From positions 35,156,001-35,220,000 of the forward strand of contig NC_045697.1 of NCBI RefSeq assembly GCF_009834535.1: a stretch of DNA of 64,000 bases, read 5' to 3'. This DNA is from Camelus ferus. Its lineage: Eukaryota. Below are positions 12,151 to 25,223 of the stretch, piece after piece. Below the pieces are notes generated by a model, which saw only the letters and a program-made list of their open reading frames with translations, was not told the origin of the DNA and did no database searches. Every line of letters starts with the position of its first letter. Position 1 is the stretch's first letter. The translations under genes and the position numbers were made by a program.

Positions 12151-15100
12151 TAACTCATATCATATATGCTGATAGACAAAATTTGCAACACTTTCAAAAA
12201 ATAAGAAATGAAGAAATAAAAATCACTCATGATTCTAATAACTAAAGATAACCATTATTAATTAATGTTGTTTTCTTTCAGGTCTTTTAATATGCATTCA
12301 ACATTTTATACAATTGGTATCATGTTTTACCATTTCTACCAGTTACAAAACATTGCAGTATTTTAGAAATATATCGTGCAGATTTCATCATCACTATTAT
12401 TGAACATTAGACTCAGTTCTTCACTCTAAATAATATTGCAGTGAATATGTTGATTGGAGGTCTCTGTACACATCTTTGATTTTTCCCTCAAGAAAACGTC
12501 TAGAAACAGAATTTCTATCTCAAATGGTATGAAATGCACTTGGCCTGACTCCCCTACTGACCTGTATAGACTGTAGACACATACTCAGTTGTCCATAATG
12601 CCAGTTCCTCCCCTTTCTCCATGGGTACTTATAAGCTATTAAATGGCTTTTTCATTGGAACTTTTCTATTGTTTTTTGGTGCAACTGCTTATCAGGTATT
12701 TCTCTTTTTCCATTTATTCTATTTAAAGGAGCTCACTTTCCCCTTATACCATTCTAACATCCCAAACACAATCTGACCATTCATAACTTCGCTATATCCC
12801 TCAAAAAGATTCTTAAGATTCTATTTTGTATATCTAAAAATAGAAGTCCTTCTCTTTCAGAAATACATCCTGAAATATTTATAGATGATGTGTTATGACA
12901 GAGGAACTGTATCAAAATAAGTGGGAACTGGCGAACGGAATGGGCAGAGATAACAAAGAGTTGATCAATGTTGAAGCTGAGGAATGAGTACATGAACATT
13001 CATTCTACTATTCTGTTTAAATATTTATTGTCAAATATTTAAGTACTGAATTTAAATACTTAATATTTATATAAATGTATAATATAAATGTAATCTATAA
13101 GTATGTTCATATGAATGTATTTCTCTATAAATATTTAAATATTAAATATAAATGTTAAATTCTTTAGTGGGGGGAAAATTCTTAAAATAAATCTTTAAAA
13201 GATACAATTATTAAAATCCACAAAATAATTATTAAACTTCTACCATAATAATTCAATGGTTATAAAAAAAAAAGACCAAAACTATTTAAGCCAAATTCAA
13301 AACAACTACAGTATTTATAATCTCTCAGTTACACTTGCCAGTAATTCCCACAGATAAAAACATACTACAATGCCTTTCTCCAAACCATGGCTTCAGCATA
13401 CCATGCTGATTCTCCAAAACAATATTAGTATTTATATTGTGCATTACAAGAAGACAATTATGCCTCTGTATGTGCCCACATGAATATTTGATAAGTAGTT
13501 TTATTATGCACTAGTATTAAATAATCCAAATTTTCTTGGTGCTTAAATCACATCTTGGTACCAAGTTAGGCACATCATAAACAATACTTACAGATTAACA
13601 GTTAGCTCCACCAAAGTGTTTATTTGTACCCAGAGGCATGCAAGCAAGAACAGTGTAACGGAAATTCTACCTCGCTGCACATCTTTATGTACTGTGAGAA
13701 AATATCACCCATGTATATTTCTAACTGTAGAAAACACTTTACCTTGGAGTCAGGTCATGATGACAAGAGAGCATAACAAAAAGAATAAGTAATATATCTA
13801 GAGATAAAGGGATTAATGGCTGTTTCCCAGGTTTAAAGCAAGGAGGAAATGGAAAGATTGGAGACATGTTTTCTAAACTCTGGTCACTGCACTAAAAAAA
13901 ATGCATTTTATAGAAATGAACTTATAATACAACTTATGTAACAACCTGGTATATCTACACCCACATGATACATTTGAAATAATCTTCAGTACACTTTGAT
14001 AGTTTCCAACCTATTTTTAAAAAGTGTTATATTCTAGTCACTATCCACTAACATGATTTCTTGACTTCATAAGTTTTAAATACCTGAACTAAGAAATTGG
14101 CCTGGGGGAAAAAATGGCCTCGATTTCCTCCTGCTTACCAAACAAATGAGATGAATTCCTCTCTCCCCTGCATAGAAAATGACATTATAACATGTCTGGG
14201 AGGATGGGGAGCAGGGGACAGGAGACACTGAAGTGGGTAGGAATCAAAGCACTGCTGCTTAAACACACACGCATACCCCCTAACAGAGGAGGACCTCTTC
14301 AGTCTCCTCCTGTTCTAAAATTCTGTGGATCCAAGAGTTAGTTCTAAGATTATGAGTCCCTAGGAAGCAAGAAATTCATTGTTACATCTCTTACAGTGTC
14401 TAGCAAGCTGGCTTTCACAAAAATAATAAGACACTAAATAAAGATTAAATTCAACTAATAATATGCAAAATAAGCACAAGTGTAAAGGTTTCTGTCCTTT
14501 AAATGTATGTTTTTCACACTCTATTAAATGTAAAATCAATGCTATTGTATATTATTTGAAAATTCATATACATAAAAATGTTAAAATATATATGTATCTT
14601 ATATGTATATACCTGTATATATATTAATATGTGTCACAAAACAAGTACTTTTCATGTTAGTTTTGTGCACAAAAAGCATAAAAACAATTCACTTAAAATT
14701 AAAGCTCATAAATTAAATTACTTTGTCTCAATAATACCTTTTTTTCCTATCTGCTTAATGACAGTATTACTGAGCAAAGAAATGAGCAAAATATGGGCCC
14801 AGTATAAAAGAAAAATAACAATAACAATGTAAAACTTCCATAACTCAACCATGATTTTTAGTACTCTAAAGTCTATTAGTTCTTGGCTCAGTCTTCTTTG
14901 CTTTTGCCTTGAAGGAATAGTTTTCTCCAAAAAAAAAAAAAATTCAATTATATTGAAGATTTTTCCTATATACATTAGTTTTCAATAAACGATTACAGTT
15001 TAACTGAAGTGGGAAGAAGATGAAAAAAGAGTCTATGTAAAAGACTCCCAATTTTCAACCACAATAAAACCTTTTATAAACAAGAACAGTAAGGTCAATC

Positions 15101-15589
15101 CTACCGTTTATGTAATGTTATACGATGCCATATGATGCAATAAAATACATCATTCTCACGACACCCTGAAAATTATAACACAACTCTCTTTCCATAAGCT
15201 TTACGCAAAATTCCTATTTCTCTGAGGTTTTTAATTAAATCTGGAAAAAAATCTAAAATTTTACCCAAATTAACATAACTTCTGATTTTCAAGAGAAAAA
15301 TGTTTACAAATAAGTTTTTGTTAAAGAATAATGTATTTTAACAAGCAAATTCCAAATTTCCAGTTTTAGTTGACATTTCTCACTTTTTCTTGGATTTCTG
15401 AATTTTAACTACTAACTAAAATTAAACATGACTTTAAAAAGCTTCATGGAAAAGGACTTGAATTGTTCCTTGAAAGAAATAAAGGAAATTGAGAATTTGC
15501 ATTGGCAGAGGAGAAAGAAATAAGACTAGGAATACAGAATTCAGGGTAGAATTAGCCTCCCTACAGGTTTTCCAGGAAAAGAATTAGCG

Positions 15590-16458
15590 ATGACGTCGGA
15601 ACAATACAACTGGGCCAGCTAATGTTGAGGAGCCTTCACAAGCCACAGGGAGACACACACTTAACACGGACTGAGAATCAACCCTGAACTCCCGGAATCC
15701 GTACAAAGTGGCATTAACACCACCAACCAGGAGCTTATAGACCAGCTGCAAGAAAGACACATGGGACAACCCTTTTTTAGATACTTTGAGGGAAGTTACC
15801 TTAATACGTTCAAGCTACAACTGAGTGAGTACAAGGGAGGAAGGGATAGGAAAGACCTCTCCAAAGAAGCTGTGCTCTTAGCCTCCATTGCCAGGGACTA
15901 ACTGGCTCTATAACCCACAACTACATGAATGGCTTTTGCCTTTCTTTGAGGAGCTGGCTCGCTGTTGATAAAAGACCCATTTAAGTAACATATTAAGGCT
16001 CAGAAAATATGATGGTTTCACTGCAGACCTCTGGGCCATGACTCCTCATTGTGACAGGCTCCAAAGTTGGGTGCTATCACAGACCCTCTTAATTGCACAG
16101 CAGCGCCTGGCTTTAGCCCGCAAGTGGTTATCCTGTGATCGCCTCCTCCCCATGTTTATGAAAGAACGTATTGTGTGGGATAAGGTTTACACTGATTGAC
16201 AGTTCCTCTCACTCTAGATATTTATCAAGAATCAGCAATTTATTCAGATCAACATTCTCTGTAAAGAAAATAACACATTTCAAAGTTAGTAACAAAACAA
16301 CATTCCAAATCAGTTTGGTCACAATGGATGACCATATAGAACATGCCACAAAGCTTAATCCTTCACATTCCAGTACATCCAGTAATTCTAAAAGGACTCG
16401 CACACAAAAGTCAAAAAGCCCCACCCCACCAACAGGCTTTATTCTTCACAATGGCTAA
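15590..16458 (+). other. Candidate endogenous viral element: decayed negative-strand RNA virus nucleoprotein-like sequence
   Basis: consecutive long open stretches 15665-15898 (78 codons) and 15972-16196 (75 codons) in adjacent frames; motifs ILRLRKYDGF, LLPMFMKERIVWDK, CKENNTFQS*; GC/CpG-rich vs flanks; no repeat family recognised; similarity judged by eye only. Confidence 0.4.
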
Positions 16459-16559
16459 GTCAGTCTAAACAAAGTACAAATATGGGAGGGTAGAATTCAG
16501 AACTGATTCATTGCACCCTACGAAATGGGGCCCTAGAAATCCAAATTAAGTGCCCAATA

Positions 16560-16710
16560 AGAATAAAAACAACCACTACTAAGTACTGAGGGCCTACTAT
16601 GTGTGAAAAACTAGGTTAGGTGCTTTACACACGTGACTTCATTTTAACCCAAACCAACCATAATTTCTGTAAGTGTTCAACTTTGCAGCTGTGGAAACTG
16701 ACAAGGCTAG
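16560..16710 (-). mobile_element. MIR SINE
   Basis: tactgagggcctactatgtg...ggtgctttacacacgtgacttcatttt...tgcagctgtggaaactga. Confidence 0.7.
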
Positions 16711-19389
16711 TAAATAAACTGAGAAATACTACACATCTGGATTTTTATATTTTAAAAGAGTAAGCTGTTATACAGAGTTACAAGATAAAGTTCTCAAATT
16801 AAAATGCAATTATGATTTTAATGTTTTTATATTGATTTTGAACCTCAGAACAAAAGCAAGAGACCTCTCAAAAAAGGGTAACTAAGCATAATTAACGCAC
16901 AACTTAAGTATTTCGTGAAGAAAGGATAAATTTGCCTTATCAAAAGTAAAAAAATAGGAGGGAAAAAAGAAAAATCATATTATGGCTAACAAATCATAAA
17001 GATGCTTATTTTAGACTAATTCAATCCTCTTCTGTTCTCACTGTTAAAAGTCCAAGAACAATTTTATAAAGTGATATTCCCCCATTTCAGCTAGAATTCT
17101 TAATCTTTCATCTAAAATATGTTTCCCAAAGATGCATGCTCTCAGTTTAAACAGTGATAATTCAATCAGCTGCAAAATTCTGTGTCTGCAGTTTTTACAA
17201 TATGGGGAAAAATCTGACCACGTATGCAAGTATCAGTTGCCATATCCGTGGTTTAATTGAAACTTTCCTCCATTCCACTTAAATCATTCCTTTTCTCCTG
17301 GATCTCTGCATGCCTCTTTTCCTTTATTCTTGCTTTATGTTGAGAAAATTTTTGATCCCTGGCTCAGTTTAGTAGACTCAGGGTCATTGGAATTGTGCCT
17401 TTTGAAAGTGAACTCTAGACCAACTTCCCAATTCAGGTTATGTTCTTATTATTAAGAATTTTGATATATGTTAAAACCATATTAAGGCTAGATGTAAATA
17501 CTAACTAGAAGATGTATCAGAGTAAAGCAAACAGGCAAAAAAGAAAAAAAAATTTAACCTTTCTAGAAACCTAACACCAGATACAGTATAATATATGAAA
17601 ACAGACGTAATTCTACCACCTTCACTGAGCCCACCTGTATATCAAACTAGGTAGTGAAGGACACAAACACTGAATAAGACATAAACCTTATGGAATCTGT
17701 AGTGTGATGTGACTCATCCAGCACTTGGGCCATCCCTAAACTGTCACAGGGGACAGTTTTCTATAAAGTTCCAATATGTACAAATGGATCTATCGCAAAA
17801 CAATCTTATCTTTTAATATATCAGAATTTTGAATTAATGATGTGATTATATTTAAAGCTGTAATATTCGTGTAGGATTTAAAACGAGAGGAAATAAGATG
17901 TGGAGAATGCAAAGTAAGGAATTGAGTCATTTCTCCCACCTCATCAGGTTTTTCACCCTCACTTACTAGTTACATAAATCCTACATGGAATGCAATATTT
18001 CACTTAGGACAATTTTGTCTTTCAAGCCTTTCATAAACCTGTCAAACCACGAGCTACATGAAACATTTTTTGTTTTATAGGTACTCAGTTTTAAAAATAA
18101 AAGCTTTTATCACATAGAACTAAATGCATTATGATTGAAGATCACAGTACCAAAATGATCATTTGATTCTTATCTATAAGCACCTGCCCTAGTTAATAGT
18201 TCAAAGTGATTTCAAAAAATACCATATTCCAGAAACTAAGGCTTAATGTCCTAATTCAATCTTAAGCAAGCTCATTTAAAATTTCCATTAAGATATTTTT
18301 ACCTTAAAATAATACAACCAAAATACTTCTCATTAGTTAATATTGCTGAAACACCAAAAATTTGAAATGTGACTTTAGGAAATTTAATTTAAAAATAGGT
18401 TTAAAAGATTTAGTTTCTACTGCATTTCCAATGACAAAATTGAATCCCATTTAGTATGGAACCAAAATTAGTATAATCTTCCAACCCTTTTATTGCCTCA
18501 ATATGTATTAGAAGACAAAAAAGAGTCATTTGATTCAAGAGGTGATCCAAAGAGACTTAACAGTTAGATTAATATCCAAAAAGTCACATGTAAGACAAAT
18601 CTGTATAAACCCCATTTCCATGATAATTTCAGAGAAATGACCTGATCTAAGAAGGCAGCACAATGTATGCAGTACAGGTACACAATACTAAGCTATATTA
18701 ACTTAGTCAAAGTGACTTAACTTCATTTATAGAAGAAAGGGAGCAAGGGAAGGAGGGAGAAAATTAGAGAAGAGAGAAGAAAACCTGTTAGAATTTTAAA
18801 AGATGGAGTACATAAAAATCATTTTGCAAGTGTATAGGCAGTAATGATAGTATCCTTCTCTTCACAAAAGAAACATGCTGGCTGGCCCAATACACAAAGA
18901 GAATCACATATGAGGATCAAGTATATTAAACTTAGTCAACATGCAGACCACTACCTTTAACCTAGCCAGATATCCGGTCAGAAGACGGCCAAGTGGACAA
19001 TTAGTCCGCAAGATAACACAGGTAAAAGCAGAGGTACATTTAGATATGCTACATAGTCATGATTTTATTGGCCACTCTCTGCCACCATGGAAATTGAATA
19101 TTAATGCTCCAAATATGCCACTATCCCCAGTAAGTCCTAAGAACTCTCTTGATATTGTCATATAAGCGTATTTTTGTCAAACTAGTGTAGAAAGCTTAAG
19201 TATCATCTAATGTTCACTGAACTGTAAAATAAAGACTGTTTCAAAAGGCAAGTCAGATTTTACTGTCTCTGAATGAGGTCTCTCCCTGAAGGTTCAACAC
19301 AAGATATTAATAAACTTGTACTTGAGACCTGTCTCCTTTACAAAAGATTTCGGTGAGGGATCTAGCATATGGAATGCTCCTTAATCTCA

Positions 19390-19860
19390 TACAATTCAAT
19401 TCAATAAACATCTATTGAGTTCTTGTCAGTTACAAAAATGAAATATACACAATTCTTTGCACTCCAAATAAATACAAGAATATTTCTAATACAACGCAGA
19501 CTATGATGAATCTCAGAACTGACAGATCGACAAAGGTTAGGTGGTGGGGAGGGTATGGCTCAGTGGCAGAATACATGCTAAGCATTCAGTTTCAATCACC
19601 AGTACCTCCATTTAAAAAAAAACAGAAACAAAGATTAAAAGTCAATCTGACTGACGGTATTTAAGAAGATTAGGAGAATAGTTAGGATTTGAATGGAGAA
19701 TTTAGGGAAAAGGGAAAAAAAAGAGAGGGAGAAAGTGTTCAAGAGGCAGAGATGTCATGACAGAAGATGAAGATGAGTTAAAGAAAAGAGGTGGAGAAGT
19801 ATCAGTTTTGGCTGCCGAAAGAAAAACAGTGTCACAGGAGCAGACCTTGAAGCTTAAAGA
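19390..19860 (-). mobile_element. L2 fragment (interrupted by SINE)
   Basis: attcaattcaataaacatctattgag tail and purine-rich L2 body. Confidence 0.55.
19546..19628 (+). mobile_element. Camelid tRNA-derived SINE (internally deleted)
   Basis: ggggagggtatggctcagtggcagaa...ttcaatcaccagtacctcca + A-tail; imperfect TSD caaaggtta/caaagatta. Confidence 0.8.
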
Positions 19861-19914
19861 AAATCATAAAGGCTTCAATTTCAGGTGGGTTTTCATTTTT
19901 CTACAATGAGGGAG

Positions 19915-20189
19915 TGTGTGAGGGTTCAACAACTACAGAGAAACAAAACCAATTGGACAAAAATAGATATATAAGATTTACTATGGGAATTGGTTCACAC
20001 AGTTACAGAGGCTGCGAAGTCCCACGACATGCCATCTGCAAGCTGGAGAACCAGGAAAACCAGTGATAAAATTCAGTATGAGGCTAAAGGCCTGACAGCC
20101 AGGGGAGCTGATGGTATAACTCTTAGTCTGAGGCCAAAAGGGGATGGAGTTGGCAGGGAGGGTGGTGTGCTACTGGTGTAAGTCTCCAG
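19915..20189 (-). mobile_element. MLT2 (ERVL) LTR fragment
   Basis: cagagaaacaaaaccaattgga...gaagtcccacgacatgccatctgcaagctggagaaccaggaaa. Confidence 0.8.
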
Positions 20190-20370
20190 TTGAGCCTTGG
20201 GATGTATACGGCCCCAGCTAATACTTGACTGCAGCTTTAGGAGGGACCTTGAGCTAGAGGCACCCAGTTAAGCTGCCCCCCACAGTGACAATAAATGAGA
20301 TAATAATATTTGTTATTTAAGCCACTGAGTTTTGGGGTGATTTATAACACAGCAATATATAACTCATACA
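20190..20370 (+). mobile_element. MLT1 (MaLR) LTR 3' part
   Basis: ttgactgcagc...tttaagccactgagttttggggtgatttataacacagcaatatataactcataca. Confidence 0.8.
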
Positions 20371-20384
20371 TACAGAACTTTGAA

Positions 20385-22450
20385 TAAACATTCCTAGGGA
20401 AATGTGCCCTAAGTCCAAAAAAGAATTGCCAATTCCATCTTTGGGTAGACAGCCAAGAGAAAAAAGTGCATATGCTGACCAAAAGACACTTAAAAGAGTG
20501 TTCATAGCAACTTGATTCCCAATAGCCCCAAACTAGAAGCAACTCAACTATCCATTAACTGGAGAAAAAATAAATAAACTGTGGTATTTCACACAATGGA
20601 ATACTTACTACACAGCAGTGGGGGGCAGCGGGGACTACTGTTTCATACAACAACATGGACAAATCTCAGAGACATAATGTGAGGCAAAAGAAGGCAGAAA
20701 TAAAACTTTAACGCTAGTATCACTCTTCTGAGACTGTCGTATATAACGGGGGTACTATAAATGAGTATGCATGAAATATTCTCATTGTATTATTCTTAGT
20801 ATCACTGAGCACCAGGACTCTCAGCTGAGCCAAAGATACAGATGTAAGATAAAAAAGATTAAGCAAAAATCTTATAGTATTTAAACTGAGTTGGAAGTAT
20901 CAATAAGAATTCATGAGGTGCTCTCTCTAAAAAAAGTTTTTTTCCCAAGTTCTGACTACTGAAAAGGCCTAGAAACAATGGTCAGTCCACCAGCAATGAG
21001 AGCCCCTAGGGCCCAAACTGTGGTCTTGAAATTCCATTCCCCTATAAAGGAATCAGGGCTCCTTGGAGAATCCGCTGGCATGAGGTGTGGGGAGGCAAAG
21101 TATATGATGAGCCTGGAACTCCTGTCACACTAGATAATCAAGACACTATCAAAAAGTGCCAGAGTCTTGTCAAAATAACTCAGGAAGCAACTTTAAAAGT
21201 CTCCCACTGGCCAAAGATTACATAATCTAAGCATCAATGAGGATAATTACCATAATGATTTTTTTTTTAATCCAACGTGTTAAAATCTAAGAGTCTATAA
21301 TGAATCTGGAGAAGGCAAGACCCTAATTAGCACTGTCGGAGAAAGCTAATATAATCAAGTCATTATTTTGAAACTGGTAAGCCAAGGGAAACGATCAAGC
21401 TTTTGTCCAACCTTCCCTATAACTGTACTGCGACATAACAAACAGTGCACGAGGACAGCTTCTCTTCATAGAGCATTCCACCTAATAAATGAACAGTAAA
21501 GCTATAATATTAAAATATCACCATTTTGCAAACCATAACGATTTAACAGACCTCAAGTAGGGTGTCCATCACCAACTTTTGTAAATAAAGTTTTACTGGA
21601 ACACAGACATGGCCATTAATCTACATTTTGTCTATGGCAGCTTTCCCATGAGAACAGCAGTGTTTAGCAGTTGCAGCAGAGGCTATCAGATGGCCCACAA
21701 GGCCTAAAACATACAACACCAGCCTCCTTACAGGAAAAATTTCACCAACCCCTGATCTAAAGCATTAAGCACAAACAGCAACTAATCAGCAGATAGACAA
21801 CTAGGCATCGTGTGCACCAGACGGACACTTGCCAAAAGACAAAGACTTGCCAAGAGAATTTGAACCTGAATCTGAACAAGTCTCTGGATCCAACTACCAA
21901 TGAACAGGAAATACAACGGTCAAAAGAGTATGTTTAATCACTTCACAGGGATGTAATTAGGAACATCTGCATCTACAAGACAAAGACCCAATTTGTTCAA
22001 CAAATAAATTTCAAGGACAAAAAAGGGAGGGGAGGTCGAAATTTTAAGAGAGGAAAAAAAAAATCAGCCTATTGCAACGAGGGTAGGGCTTATTTAGATC
22101 CTGATCTAATGAAGTCAGCTGTTTTTAAAATGCATGAGAGAATTAGAATTAACACTGACTGGAGAGTTGATTATACTGGAATTGTTTTCTTGAGGCAAAT
22201 AAAGGTATTGTGATTTTATTTTTTAAAGGGTCTTATACTTAAGGGTACATATTGAAATACAAATAAATTATATGATGTCTAGGATTTTCTTTAAAATAAT
22301 ACTGGACTGGGAAGGAGGTCAGTGGGAGATAAACAATTTGGCCATGACATGATAAATACTGAACCTGAGTGATGAACAGAAGAAGATTCATTACACTAGT
22401 CTGTTTACTTTTGTATATGTCTTAAATTTTCCACCATAAAAATTTTAAAA
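20385..22450 (+). mobile_element. Old L1 (L1MC/ME) 3' region, interrupted by MER58
   Basis: aaactgtggtatttcacacaatggaatact, caacatggacaaatctcaga, terminal cttttgtatatgtcttaaattttccaccataaaa. Confidence 0.65.
21559..21754 (+). mobile_element. MER58A-like hAT MITE
   Basis: ttttgtaaataaagttttactggaacacag...tggcccacaaggcctaaaa...ccaacccctg. Confidence 0.8.
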
Positions 22451-22601
22451 TAAGGTACAACATTTCTTCTTCAGACACAGAAAAAATCTGAAGAAGAATA
22501 GGTCAGGGAGTATGTTAGGGAGTCCCCAAAAAGGCAAGTTGACTGTCACAAAGTCTTCCAAAGGAAGGGTAAGAAGCCAACTTTGAAAAGAACCAGTTTA
22601 G

Positions 22602-22876
22602 GGGGGTGGGTAGTAACTCAGTGGTAGACTGCATGCTTTTTTCTTTTCTTTTTTAACTGAAGTAGAGTGCATGCTTAAATTAACATGCATGAGGTCCTAG
22701 GTTCAACCCCTAGTACTTCCATTAAAAGAGAGAGAGAGAGAGAGAGAATGAAATGTTCATTTAAAAAAAATGAATGAGTAAGATTTAGGTAAGTGAAAGA
22801 AAAAGAAATTCTAGAGCAAAGGCCTAGAAATGAGAGAATATGGCAATGTTATTTAAAAAAAAAAAAAAAAAAAGGG
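22602..22876 (+). mobile_element. Camelid SINE with 3' transduced segment and second poly(A), flanked by 14-bp TSD
   Basis: TSD aagaaccagtttag at 22588-22601 and 22877-22890; SINE body 22602-22747; A19 at 22855-22873. Confidence 0.8.
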
Positions 22877-25223
22877 AAGAACCAGTTTAGAGATCAAGTA
22901 AATGACTACTTAGTAGATCCAATCTTAGTTACGTGACCTTTTCCAACTGCACCAAGCAGCTAGAACTAGGAAGTATATATATACATGGCAAATTAACTTA
23001 GGCTTGAGATTTGGGCAGGTTCCTCAGAATGTTAAAAAGGCAACAGAACATAAGATACTGCTGCAAATATGATCATGGGGTTTGGGTGAGTAGAAAGCCA
23101 ATGAAGCTAGGAAAAAGCTAACTTAATTATAAAAACAAGAAAATGCCAAGAAACTACAAGTCATAATAAAGACAAAGAACAGATTCAAAAAGTGTGACAT
23201 GTACAGTCATGAGAAGAGACTTTCCAAGTCCTCAGAAATGTAACTGTTCCAAGTGATGATGAGGTATAAGGCAAGACATGATGGGGTGTGAAACTTGGAG
23301 GCTCCAGTCCTGGAGAACTAATAATGCTGGTTGACTAGTTGGTTTCAGCTACCTGCCAAACAAGCACGCCATTCTCCCAAGTTCATTTTAGAATCTGTAT
23401 TTTTTAATAAGTGTCCCAGTGATTAGAATCACTGGTCTAAGATATAGTGACCCTGGAATATTACTACAATGGATGCTAGACAGGTCAAGGAAACATGATG
23501 AGAGACACTAATAAGATATAAAAGACAAAAAGGGAACATCTGAGTCAAATGAAGGGCAATCCTAGGGTCAAGAGAAGGGTAAGAATAAATGAAGGGAAAT
23601 GAATAAAAGAAAGATATTACCTTCAAAAGAAAAATGATTAACTGAAAAATATTCTGATAGTGAGGACCTTAGTCTAACGCCACAATTCAAAGAAAGTAGT
23701 CTAGAAATATCTCTATCAGATAGGTTAGGGGGAAAAAAGTATCCTCAAAAAAACAAGAATCTATCAATTTATTCACTATGGTCATAAAGTGTTAGCTGTA
23801 TGAAAGCACCAAAAAACCCTATAAATCATTTAGTCAGTTCACTCATTTCATAGATGAGAAAACCAAGGTCTACTAAGACTAATTAACTTGTGCTTAAGAA
23901 CACTATGCAATTAAGGATTAGAGCTAAAACGTATTCCATGGTCACCTGGCCTCCCTGTCTTGTATCCTCATCTAACGCCATGGTTTCCATTTGGTGACTT
24001 ACTTCTTTATGATGCTAAATGTCCTTATATATCCTCATTCATAAATAGCAGGCATTTGGTAACTATTTGTTGACTGACACTCAAAATGAGTCTTCAATAT
24101 TTTATTTCAATAGTTTTATTGTAAAGGTTTCCCATTTCAGCAACTTGTTCTGCTCAACATTACTCCTCTGCACCCTTCCAAAAAAATGTGTTCTGAGTAA
24201 ACCTCAGAGATGTTCAAAAAATGTGTTGGCTAACTGGCACCTATGCTTCCAAAAAAATGTTAGAATATGAAAAGTGCTGTGCTATCAAAAAGAAGAGCTG
24301 GCATTACACACCTCTCTTATCAACTCCCTAAGTGTGCACATAATTTACACTTGCTAGGAAGAAGATGCTCTTGACCCAATGGACTCAAAATACCTAAACA
24401 GGTAGGAAAAGACAGTATCAGAATAAACTGTCTCAGCCTCACAATAAGGGATTCTAGACTACAGACCTAACGTTGGAAACCGTGCCTCTGGCAAGACGAA
24501 AACAGACCCAATAACAAATCATAAAATACTAACATTTACAACTCAGTTACCATGCAAGGTTTATTTAGCAGTGAAATTACTCTTCTATATTTATTTTCAT
24601 AGCTCTTTCATTTCTTAAATCCAAAATTTTTTTAAATCCAAAATTTTATCATTCCACAAAACAGTTTTCTTCTCAAGTCAAACCACTTTCAGTAAGCCCA
24701 ATTTTATAAGTTCACTTACTGTAATAACCACCAAAGTGGTAATCACCTATAGCAGTAAATAAATACACATCTTTAAATCATTATTAGAAAATTTAGAGTA
24801 AAAAAATCTCTAATTATGAAATAAATATGAACTATAATCTTGTGACATCAATAAAGGCCACCTGTATCTCATTCAAAATGAAAATGAAATTATTTGTAAA
24901 GTATGAATATAGAATACAGAGCACATAAAGTACACACACATAAAGGTGTTTACACATTTTTATATTTATTCTTTATAAATATTATATATTATGCTATACC
25001 CAGAATATAATATGGAAAAATGTTTTGAAGCCTCCAAAAACATGATGTTACTGCTATTCTTGGATGTATTTTTTTAAATTACCACCAAAAAAAAAAAAAA
25101 AAAGAGTAGGTATTACTTCCTTGTAAAAAGAGAAGGCAGTACAAAAAAAAGGGGGAAGGCAATCCAAATACAAATTGTCTTCCAAATTTCTATCATTCTT
25201 TTTAAAAAGTACGTATCACTTAC

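Noticed and set aside
15960..16080. Resemblance of C**KTHL...FTADLW...CDR to filovirus VP30 (CETHL...FEAALW..WDR)
   Set aside because: Spacing between motifs differs greatly and there is no Cys3-His zinc finger upstream; the nucleoprotein-like reading fits over a longer span.
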